This document shows, in pieces, positions 8,472-16,198 of a stretch of 32,000 nt of DNA. Made by a program: the position numbers and the translations under genes. Source of the stretch: Aliivibrio fischeri ES114 (GTDB lineage Bacteria; Pseudomonadota; Gammaproteobacteria; Enterobacterales; Vibrionaceae). The DNA is taken from NCBI RefSeq assembly GCF_000011805.1, contig NC_006840.2, one strand, 5' to 3'. The notes beneath the pieces are model-generated. The model worked only from the letters and a program-made list of their open reading frames with translations, had not been told where the DNA came from and did not search any database. Numbering within the stretch: position 1 is the stretch's first letter; every line of letters begins with the position of its first letter.

Positions 8472-9386
8472 TTAGAATTTAAGTTTCACTTCAAGGCCGA
8501 TAAACTGGTCGGTATAAGGCATACCCGCATCGTAAGCGTATTGAGCAGCATCACCATTACTAAACCATGCGTTGTAAGCTAGATTAACTTCTGTCTCATC
8601 ACCCCAAGCATCGGTTACCCAGTAATGGATATGACCAACAGGGTTTAAGAAGAATAGACTTACGCTACCTAATGTTTCAGAGCCCATTACTTCGCCACCA
8701 TTTTCGGTAATACGAAGTTCTTGTTGAAGCATTACTTCACCGACAACAGCACCAAAGAATGGAGTAACGAATAAATCTTGAATAGATGGTACTTCAGCAA
8801 ATGCCTCTACACCATACTCCCAGAAGAATGTTGACATTGTTGTCGAGTATAAGAAAGATTCAAACTCGTTAAAGCCTGCGTGACGAGCTGCTGTATAGTA
8901 AACACCACCAAAGTAAGGGTGCATTACATAGTTTAAGAAGTGCTCATCTTTATCCCATACAGGGCCTTGGCTTACGTTATCTTTCCACTTAGAGCCTAGG
9001 TTTTTAATGCTTGAATCTTCAGAATCCCACTTAGTGATGCTTTCAGGAAGAAAAGTCATTAAACCAACAGTTGCAACACTTAAACCAAGAATAGTGTATG
9101 ACTGTTCCATTAGGTAGTCCCAGTCACGCTCATCTGATACGCGAAGGTAGTGCGGTAATTGTGTGCTTTGTGCTAGGGAATCATTTTCAGCAACCTTAGA
9201 AGGTGTCTCACCATCTAAGCGCATTGGAGAAAAATTAAATGACGCATTTGAACAATAGCTAGAGTAGATATTAGTAGAACAGTCGTTTTGATAATCCATA
9301 TCATAAGCGCTATTAGTATCCAGTGCGAAAGCATTTGTTGATGCTGTACACCCTAAAAGCAAACCGGCTATTGCTTGTTTTTTCAC
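8472..9386 (-). CDS. Secreted/outer-membrane protein of unknown function (DUF3943-like by recollection)
   Basis: It has a signal peptide, MKKQAIAGLLLGCTASTNAFA. The C-terminus ...GLEVKLKF ends in Phe, as in outer-membrane beta-barrel proteins. The conserved-looking core is NYVMHPYFGGVYYTAARHAGF. The family name is unverified. Confidence 0.55.
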   Translation of the reverse strand: MKKQAIAGLLLGCTASTNAFALDTNSAYDMDYQNDCSTNIYSSYCSNASFNFSPMRLDGETPSKVAENDSLAQSTQLPHYLRVSDERDWDYLMEQSYTILGLSVATVGLMTFLPESITKWDSEDSSIKNLGSKWKDNVSQGPVWDKDEHFLNYVMHPYFGGVYYTAARHAGFNEFESFLYSTTMSTFFWEYGVEAFAEVPSIQDLFVTPFFGAVVGEVMLQQELRITENGGEVMGSETLGSVSLFFLNPVGHIHYWVTDAWGDETEVNLAYNAWFSNGDAAQYAYDAGMPYTDQFIGLEVKLKF

Positions 9387-9459
9387 GAAAAGTCCTTAAT
9401 ACAGTTAAATTTCTGAGCTAGTTCACAATTATCTACTATTCGAGAAAAAATGCAAAACA

Positions 9460-9510
9460 TAAAAATAAGAAGAGCCAGTTTATCTAGGTTAAATGTAGAC
9501 AAACTGGCTC
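9460..9510 (-). terminator. Rho-independent terminator after tyrP
   Basis: A 10-bp stem, gagccagttt (9472-9481) with aaactggctc (9501-9510). On the minus strand it is followed by ttcttatttttatgttttg. Confidence 0.55.
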
Positions 9511-9534
9511 AATAAAAGATCAATAATTAAGTTG

Positions 9535-10707
9535 TTATAGAGAACTGAAAAGTTGACTCATAATAATAAGTACACCAAAAGCAACGACCAATAAGAGTGC
9601 TCCGTTACCACCGATTACTTGGTATTCAGATCCTTTTTTAGTTTTTCTCGCTGAAATAACTAAAGCAACAGGTAAGAATAGAGCAAGAATAACAAGAGCA
9701 ATAGCAGCATAGCCTAAAGCCATGATAAAGCCTTGTGGGTAGAACAAAGCAAATAATAATGGTGGCGTGTAAGTTAATAAAGCGGTCACAATTGATGATT
9801 GTTGCCATTTTTTAGATGAATCACGTAAAAATTCAAATAATCCCAAACTTACACCAATGAATGAAGTTAATAGCGCAAGATCGGCAAATAAAGAGAGTGC
9901 TTGTTGAATAAATTGGTGATCTATTGTGCTTTGAATTTCAGTGATGAATTGATTTAGTCCGTTTATTTGGCCAAATTCATTTTGTGACAACAAGCCTAAT
10001 GTCATTCCTTGCCAAAATAAGTAAACAATTAAAGGTAGGGAAGAACCCACTAATAGACTTATTTTGATCTTTTTAACATCTAATTCAAGGTAGTTCACGA
10101 TTGCTGGAATACTGCCATGAAATCCAAACGAAGTGAAAATAACGGGTAATGCTGTAATAAATACACCTTGCTCAACAGGCAGTGCTAATAGGTATTCTCC
10201 AGTAATACTTGGCGTTAAAAAGAATAGAATAGAAACTAACATAACTAATTTTAACGTGAATAAACCACGGTTAATAATATCAACTGTTTTCGTACCAAAT
10301 GTAATGATGGTTGCAACAATACAGGTAAAGATAATCGTTGATGTAAAATTTGAAAACTCAAAAGGAAGCAGCTCATTTAATTTAGAATGAAATTGTTCAC
10401 TTCCTCCTGCAATGTAAGCCGCACACAAAGCGTAAAAAAGAAACAACATAGAGAAGGTTGCAACTTTTTGTCCGTGTTTTCCTAAAAATTGGCGAGCTAA
10501 ACTATGAAGCGTTGCGCTCTGTTCTCCATATTGATGAACTTCTAACATCAGTAGACTTGTATAGCTCATGATTGCCCAAATACCAATCATTAATAAACTT
10601 GCTGTAAAGAATCCTAGACTAGCGGAAACAAGAGGTAGGGCTAACATGCCAGCTCCTATGGTTGTTCCTGCTATAATTAACGAGCTTCCAAGTACTTTTG
10701 TCTTCAT
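9535..10707 (-). CDS. tyrP: Tyrosine-specific transport protein (HAAAP family aromatic amino acid permease)
   Basis: I prefer the start at ATG 10707 (MKTKVLGSSLIIAGTTIGAGMLALP...). It is colinear with E. coli TyrP (FTSFGFHGS, FADLAL.TSF.GV.LGLF). It has multiple transmembrane segments. TyrR boxes lie upstream. Confidence 0.85.
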   Translation of the reverse strand: MKTKVLGSSLIIAGTTIGAGMLALPLVSASLGFFTASLLMIGIWAIMSYTSLLMLEVHQYGEQSATLHSLARQFLGKHGQKVATFSMLFLFYALCAAYIAGGSEQFHSKLNELLPFEFSNFTSTIIFTCIVATIITFGTKTVDIINRGLFTLKLVMLVSILFFLTPSITGEYLLALPVEQGVFITALPVIFTSFGFHGSIPAIVNYLELDVKKIKISLLVGSSLPLIVYLFWQGMTLGLLSQNEFGQINGLNQFITEIQSTIDHQFIQQALSLFADLALLTSFIGVSLGLFEFLRDSSKKWQQSSIVTALLTYTPPLLFALFYPQGFIMALGYAAIALVILALFLPVALVISARKTKKGSEYQVIGGNGALLLVVAFGVLIIMSQLFSSL

Positions 10708-10797
10708 ATACTTCTTCTTTCTTAAATTAGAGTAAATTTGGGTGCTTATTTTCGATGGTAGAAATGTACGACTATTCTGAATTGAATACAATAAAAA

Positions 10798-10838
10798 TGT
10801 ACAATTATAAATACAATTACTGTAATTATATGTTTACA
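10798..10838. promoter_or_regulatory. Two adjacent TyrR boxes upstream of tyrP
   Basis: TGTAATTATATGTTTACA (10821-10838) matches TGTAAA-N6-TTTACA at 11/12 arm positions. TGTACAATTATAAATACA (10798-10815) matches at 9/12. Both keep the symmetric G and C positions. Confidence 0.6.
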
Positions 10839-10957
10839 CGCTAGGGCTGAAAGGCATTTTTATCAAAATAGAGTAAAATTAAAAGTAAGATGGTTTTTTA
10901 AAGTCACATATGTGATAAATTAGAAGTAATTATAGAAATATCAAAGAGGAAAGGTGC

Positions 10958-12190
10958 ATGTTGCAAGTAGCAATGATTAGCACAGGCGAAGAAGTTTTAC
11001 ATGGTGATATTGTTGATACCAATGCTGCTTGGATGTCGCAACTTTTTTATCAACATGGCTTCAAATTATCAAATCGCTCTACTGTCGGCGATAACATTGA
11101 TGCGTTAGTAGCAGAGATACACCATCAGACTAATCAAGCATCAATCGTAATTGTTAATGGTGGCTTAGGTCCAACCTCTGATGATATTTCTAGTGAAGCT
11201 GCGGCAAAAGTATTAAATACCAATTTGGTTATGTCGCAATATTGGCTTGATCGCATGCAAGCTCGTTACCTTGAACAAGGTAAAGAAATGCCACACAGTA
11301 ATATCAAGCAAGCAATGCTACCTGAAGGTACACAACTTATTGATAATCCGGTAGGGACTGCATGTGGATTCTTTATTGAAATAAACAAATCAATTGTTAT
11401 TTTTACCCCAGGTGTACCGTCAGAATTCAAAGTGATGGTAGAGCACCAGATCTTGCCTCGAATGAAACAATGGCATCCAATGGTTGAAGCGTCTGAATGT
11501 AGCCGTTTATTTACCTTTGGTTTATCAGAATCTGGTATTCAAGATAAGTTGCAACAAGTTCGTTTACCTCATGGTTTTGAAATTGGTTACCGTTCAGCAC
11601 TTCCATTTATTGAAGTGAAATTGTTTGGCCCTAAAAATCATGATGGACGCTTTCCTACTTTAGAGAAAATGTATCATTTACTTGGTGATAATGTGGTGAG
11701 TGTTGATGAATCGATGCTACCTAACGTAGGTGCACTTTTAAATGAATTTTCACTGAACTTCACGGTTGCTGAACAAGCGACAGGTGGGTGGTTAACTAAT
11801 TGGTTGCAAGAGGATGAACAAATTCGTTCTCATATGAAACAAGGTTGGATTTTATCATCTCAAGTTGACCAGCAAATGGCGGGACAAGATCCATTGGCTG
11901 CTGCGTTAGCATTAGCTGCAGCAACAAGAGAAAGAACACAGACATCAATTGGCTTATCTTCAGGACCAATGCTTGAAGGAAAAGTCGCTGTAGCTCTTTC
12001 TACATCGTATGGTGAGTGGGGACAGTTGGTAAGTCTGAAGCGAGACTATAGCTATAATGAAATGCGCTCTATTATTTCAACACTAATGTTAGATATGTTG
12101 CGCCGTTGCTTAGAACGCAAGCCTATGTTTGGTGAGTACCAATCGCTAAATAGAGAATCTGAAATATATGTACCGCAAAGTGCGCTGTAG
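10958..12190 (+). CDS. yfaY: CinA-like / YfaY family protein (MoCF-biosynthesis-type N-terminal domain)
   Basis: 410 aa. The segments GDIVDTNAAW, VNGGLGPTSDD, NPVGTACGF and FTPGVPSEFKVMVEH are colinear with E. coli YfaY as I recall it. GAGGAAAGG RBS precedes the start. Confidence 0.8.
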   Translation: MLQVAMISTGEEVLHGDIVDTNAAWMSQLFYQHGFKLSNRSTVGDNIDALVAEIHHQTNQASIVIVNGGLGPTSDDISSEAAAKVLNTNLVMSQYWLDRMQARYLEQGKEMPHSNIKQAMLPEGTQLIDNPVGTACGFFIEINKSIVIFTPGVPSEFKVMVEHQILPRMKQWHPMVEASECSRLFTFGLSESGIQDKLQQVRLPHGFEIGYRSALPFIEVKLFGPKNHDGRFPTLEKMYHLLGDNVVSVDESMLPNVGALLNEFSLNFTVAEQATGGWLTNWLQEDEQIRSHMKQGWILSSQVDQQMAGQDPLAAALALAAATRERTQTSIGLSSGPMLEGKVAVALSTSYGEWGQLVSLKRDYSYNEMRSIISTLMLDMLRRCLERKPMFGEYQSLNRESEIYVPQSAL

Positions 12191-12221
12191 ACACATTTCA
12201 GAATAAGACATAGAACACAAT

Positions 12222-12256
12222 AAGCCCAATAGGATAACTCTTGTTGGGCTTTTTTA
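12222..12256 (+). terminator. Rho-independent terminator after yfaY, overlapping the yfaE stop
   Basis: aagcccaa (12222-12229) pairs with ttgggctt (12244-12251). A T-run extends to 12255. Confidence 0.65.
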
Positions 12257-12532
12257 TGCTTTTTTAACTAACGTTTGAAATTGTAGCCCTTCAATAACTA
12301 AGTCCGTTTTCGCTTTACAAACGCAGGGAAGAATTTCATTTGGTCCGATAAAAGCAAGAGGAAAAGATTGATATTCCACTTCGCCTGACACTAGAGTACA
12401 ACGACAAGTACCACAATCGCCACTTCTGCATTGAGATTCAACAACCAGTCCTTGTTGCTCCATTACTTCTAATAAAGAACGATGTGACGTGTTATGTAGC
12501 GTTATTATCTTGTTGATGTGTATTTTAGTCAT
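12254..12532 (-). CDS. yfaE: 2Fe-2S ferredoxin YfaE (class Ia RNR diferric-tyrosyl cofactor maintenance)
   Basis: 92 aa with the cluster motif CRSGDCGTCRC...C(V)C. It is colinear with E. coli YfaE. Its position downstream of nrdAB is conserved. Confidence 0.8.
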   Translation of the reverse strand: MTKIHINKIITLHNTSHRSLLEVMEQQGLVVESQCRSGDCGTCRCTLVSGEVEYQSFPLAFIGPNEILPCVCKAKTDLVIEGLQFQTLVKKA

Positions 12533-12610
12533 GCTTAAAGAGCTTTCAGTTTATTTCCCTTAAGAAAGAGTAACACAAGCCATGAAATATTGAAGGTGAT
12601 AAATGAGAAA

Positions 12611-14686
12611 TTAATACATGGTTTCTTTGATATGCGCTAATTCAAAATAGCAATTTCGGCCATTTTCTTTTGCTTGATATAGTGCTCTATCAGCAGTATT
12701 AACCAGAGAATTCAGGCTGAGTTGGTTTTCAGGATCTTTGTTATAACCAATACCGACAGAGATTGATAAATAGCATGAACAAGTTGATGCCTTATGTGGT
12801 ATCAATAGCTTTTTCACTTCTATTAATAACTTATCTAATTTTTGACGGATCTTTTCTGGCTTTATGCTCGGTATTAGAACGAAAAATTCGTCGCCACCAT
12901 AGCGATATACTTGGGTTTCTAAACTATGAAAACCTTGCTTGATTAAACGACTAACTTGAATAAGAACTTCATCACCAGCAATATGACCATACGTATCGTT
13001 GTATTCTTTATAGTGGTCGATGTCGATCATTATCCCAGTGTACTCTTGATTCTGTTGTTGTTTTAATTGATTGAAATGAGCTTCAAGAGATTTTCTATTC
13101 CATATCTGTGTAAGATGATCTGTTTGGGATAAATGCAAAAGTTGTTGGCGATTGTACTGATTTTCAAGGGCGATGGATATGTAGCTTATGAGTTGCGAAA
13201 ACAGCTCAAAATGAAAAGTTTGATACTGGTAGCTTTCTCTTGCTTGTATGGTGAATACCCCTTTTACTTCACCATTGATAGTAATAGGAGAGAACATAGC
13301 CGATTTAAATTGCACTTTGCTATCACAACGATCACCTAGCATTGCTACTTTTTGTTCGCTGTTCATATGATTAAAATAAAAAGCAGAATTACTTTTTATG
13401 CAGTAACTCATATAAGTGGCTTCACTTTTACAATCGGTGATGTATGGCGTTTGCGCTGGTAAATTATTATCCAAGTAATGAATCGTAATTTGATCTTGTT
13501 CAGAGTTATAAAATCCCAGAGCGAGCGTATCTGTTTGAAACAGAGAGGCGAGGTCTTGCTGTATTTGTGGCAATGCATTTTTAATATCACTACTGGTATT
13601 AATGTAATGCCCAACTTTATTTATAACGGCTAAATTATCCGATAGTGATTTCATGGTACTTAGGTTTAATTTAGCAACGTTTAAGCGATACAGCTGTTGT
13701 AAATAATCACCTTCACGCTTAAGCAACTCTCTTCTTGAATTAAGTAATGAAGAGGTAAGGGTCTGATAATGTTTCTCACGAATATTGATATCATCGATGT
13801 CTTTTATTCTTAATAGAATGATATCGTTGAAACCATCGATAAGCTTGTCACTTTCTATTTTTTTTGCCACAGCTAAACCAAGAGCAATAAATTGATCTAG
13901 TTTTTTATATTGCAAGCAACTAGTTAAAAAGTGGCAGTACTCTAAGATCATTTCAGCATAATAATAATCATGCTCGGATATTTGCATATTCTCAATAGAT
14001 AAGAGATGGAGTTTATCAGCTTGTTCGAATTCACCTGAATGGCTTGCTATCTCTGCTTTAATTTTGTAGTAAAACCCTAAATATCTTGGTTCATTTTTAA
14101 TATCTTGATATAGGTTTTCAAGTAATTCATTTGCTTCGGTAAAAAGGAATTGCTTAGCTTTTATTTCTGCAATATTAAAATATGACAGGGCTGCTGCGGT
14201 CTTAGGGCCATGTTGAGAGAGTAGTTCAGCAGCTTGTGTTAGGTAGATTAAGGCTTCATTAAAATTACCAATTTGGCGAAAAATATCACCAATATTGTTT
14301 TTTATTATCCCCGTAATATAGCCATCGCAGAACTGCTGCATTTTTTCGGCTTTTGCCAGAAATTTTTGAGCATAAAAGTAATTTCCGAGCATGCCATAAA
14401 GCGTGCCGATATTGTAATGACAGAAGCAGATTAAAAATTCTTGTTGGTTTTGTTGACTAAAATTAATGGCATCAAAAAAGACACTAATAGAGTCAATGAG
14501 CTTTCCTGAGCGAGAAAGTTGATAGGCTTGAAAAATGAGCTCAAATTCAGTTGGGATAGTTTTTTTTTGCTTTGATGCTTCGACTATTAAAAGATTAAGA
14601 CGTAACTGTACGTGCTCTTTTGAAGAAGCCATAGGTAATTGTCGTACTTGTTCGAGCAGTAACTCATTCCATTGATTCTTAGCCAT
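12611..14686 (-). CDS. Cytoplasmic diguanylate cyclase: TPR-like repeats, GAF-like domain, GGDEF domain
   Basis: 691 aa with no signal peptide or transmembrane segment. The N-terminal half has repeated TPR-like helices (YNIGTLYGMLGNYFYAQKFL, NIGDIFRQIGNFNEALIYL, ...). The central segment is GAF-like. The C-terminal GGDEF domain has an intact RYGGDEF (nt 12884-12898). No RxxD I-site occupies the usual position upstream of GGDEF (SLET is there instead). Confidence 0.85.
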   Translation of the reverse strand: MAKNQWNELLLEQVRQLPMASSKEHVQLRLNLLIVEASKQKKTIPTEFELIFQAYQLSRSGKLIDSISVFFDAINFSQQNQQEFLICFCHYNIGTLYGMLGNYFYAQKFLAKAEKMQQFCDGYITGIIKNNIGDIFRQIGNFNEALIYLTQAAELLSQHGPKTAAALSYFNIAEIKAKQFLFTEANELLENLYQDIKNEPRYLGFYYKIKAEIASHSGEFEQADKLHLLSIENMQISEHDYYYAEMILEYCHFLTSCLQYKKLDQFIALGLAVAKKIESDKLIDGFNDIILLRIKDIDDINIREKHYQTLTSSLLNSRRELLKREGDYLQQLYRLNVAKLNLSTMKSLSDNLAVINKVGHYINTSSDIKNALPQIQQDLASLFQTDTLALGFYNSEQDQITIHYLDNNLPAQTPYITDCKSEATYMSYCIKSNSAFYFNHMNSEQKVAMLGDRCDSKVQFKSAMFSPITINGEVKGVFTIQARESYQYQTFHFELFSQLISYISIALENQYNRQQLLHLSQTDHLTQIWNRKSLEAHFNQLKQQQNQEYTGIMIDIDHYKEYNDTYGHIAGDEVLIQVSRLIKQGFHSLETQVYRYGGDEFFVLIPSIKPEKIRQKLDKLLIEVKKLLIPHKASTCSCYLSISVGIGYNKDPENQLSLNSLVNTADRALYQAKENGRNCYFELAHIKETMY

Positions 14687-14845
14687 AATTCTTTTTTATA
14701 ATTTTTAGTCTAATTACAAGAGATTATCGCATGGATGTTCTTTTATATGAAGCGAAGTCTCATTTCTGAGTTGTTAAAAATGAAAATTGTGCGCAAGGTT
14801 GAATTATTATCCGCAAATCTATCAATAAGGTTTATTACTGATAAT

Positions 14846-14873
14846 AAAAAGCCGAGCATGAAAGCTCGGCTTT
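14846..14873 (-). terminator. Rho-independent terminator after nrdB
   Basis: On the minus strand, aaagccgagc/gctcggcttt (perfect stem, loop ttcat) is followed by ttttattat. Confidence 0.8.
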
Positions 14874-14892
14874 GGCGTTTATATATGTTTGT

Positions 14893-16026
14893 TTATAATT
14901 CGAAATCGCCTAAGTCGTCTGCATCAACATCATTGTCAATTTGGCCTACTAGGTAGGAGCTGATTTCGGTTTCTTGTGGAGCAACTTGAACGTTGTCAGA
15001 ACTTAACCATGAGTTAATCCATGGGATAGGGTTCTGTGTTGCGCCTTCGTACGCACTATTTAGACCAACCGCTTTCATGCGAAGGTTTGTAATATACTCT
15101 ACGTATTGGCAAAGAATATCTTTGTTTAAACCAATCATTGAGCCATCTTTAAATAGGTAGTTTGCCCATTGTTTTTCTTGCTCAGCTGCTGCTTTAAATA
15201 GATCAAAACATTCTTGTTCGCATTCTGCTGCAATCTCAACAAACTCAGGGTCATCTTGTCCAGTACGAAGTAAGTTCAACATGTGTTGAGTACTTGTTAG
15301 GTGTAATGATTCATCACGAGCGATCAGCTTGATGATTTTTGCGTTACCTTCCATCAGTTCACGTTCAGCAAAAGCAAATGAACAAGCAAAACTTACGTAG
15401 AATCGAATGGCTTCTAGTGCATTAACTGACATTAAGCATAGGTATAATTTCTTTTTAAGCTCACGCTTAGAAATAGTAATTTCTTGACCGTTTAAAACGT
15501 GTGTACCTTCACCGAAGCGATGATAATCATTTGTTGCTTGAATTAGATTATCGTAATAGTGAGCAATGTCTTTTGCACGTTTTAGGATCTCTTCATTTTC
15601 AACAATATCGTCAAAAATAACAGAAGGGTTATTAACGATATTACGAATAATATGAGTATAAGAACGTGAGTGAATTGTTTCAGAGAACGACCAAGTTTCA
15701 ATCCACGTCTCTAGTTCAGGAATAGAAACAAGAGGAAGTAAAGCAACATTTGGACTACGACCTTGAATTGAATCAAGTAACGTTTGGTATTTTAAGTTGC
15801 TGATGAAGATGTGTTGTTCGTGTTCTGGTAAGTTGTTGTAATCAATACGGTCACCAGAAACATCAACTTCTTCCGGACGCCAGAAAAATGAAAGTTGTTT
15901 TTCGATAAGTTTTTCAAAAATTTGAAACTTTTGTTGGTCATAACGAGCAACGTTTACCGAGTTACCTAAAAACATAGGTTCTTTCAATTGATCATTTTTT
16001 TCTTGTCGGAAAGTACTGTACGCCAT
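14893..16026 (-). CDS. nrdB: Class Ia ribonucleotide reductase beta subunit
   Basis: 377 aa. It has the diiron/tyrosyl signature regions ([33 protein letters not shown]) and an acidic C-terminal tail. GAGG RBS precedes the start. Confidence 0.95.
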   Translation of the reverse strand: MAYSTFRQEKNDQLKEPMFLGNSVNVARYDQQKFQIFEKLIEKQLSFFWRPEEVDVSGDRIDYNNLPEHEQHIFISNLKYQTLLDSIQGRSPNVALLPLVSIPELETWIETWSFSETIHSRSYTHIIRNIVNNPSVIFDDIVENEEILKRAKDIAHYYDNLIQATNDYHRFGEGTHVLNGQEITISKRELKKKLYLCLMSVNALEAIRFYVSFACSFAFAERELMEGNAKIIKLIARDESLHLTSTQHMLNLLRTGQDDPEFVEIAAECEQECFDLFKAAAEQEKQWANYLFKDGSMIGLNKDILCQYVEYITNLRMKAVGLNSAYEGATQNPIPWINSWLSSDNVQVAPQETEISSYLVGQIDNDVDADDLGDFEL

Positions 16027-16158
16027 GGAAACCTCAATGTTATCAAAGCCAAAGAAATAGAAAAGGGCTCTTTATTTAAAAATTATGCCGATAGATACCT
16101 ATACGAACTTAGGTACATATTGGATTAACCATTAAAGATGTTGAAACTAAAGATGATA

Positions 16159-16180
16159 AGCCCGCTAATGAAAGCGGGCT
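16159..16180 (-). other. Intercistronic stem-loop between nrdA and nrdB
   Basis: An 8-bp perfect stem agcccgct/agcgggct with a 6-nt loop. The minus-strand tail tatcatcttt is only moderately T-rich. It is probably an mRNA stabiliser or partial attenuator rather than a full terminator. Confidence 0.4.
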
Positions 16181-16198
16181 AAATATTAATGTGAAAAC

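Noticed and set aside
14560-14568. A T9/A9 homopolymer near the 5' end of the GGDEF gene (codons for QKKT).
   Set aside because: A/T runs of this length are expected in an AT-rich genome and in Lys codons. It is much less surprising than the G9 tract, so I do not flag it as a phase-variation candidate.
14735-14956. A 73-aa ORF on the plus strand spanning the nrdB terminator.
   Set aside because: It reads through a terminator hairpin and into the antisense of nrdB. It has no RBS and no recognisable motif.
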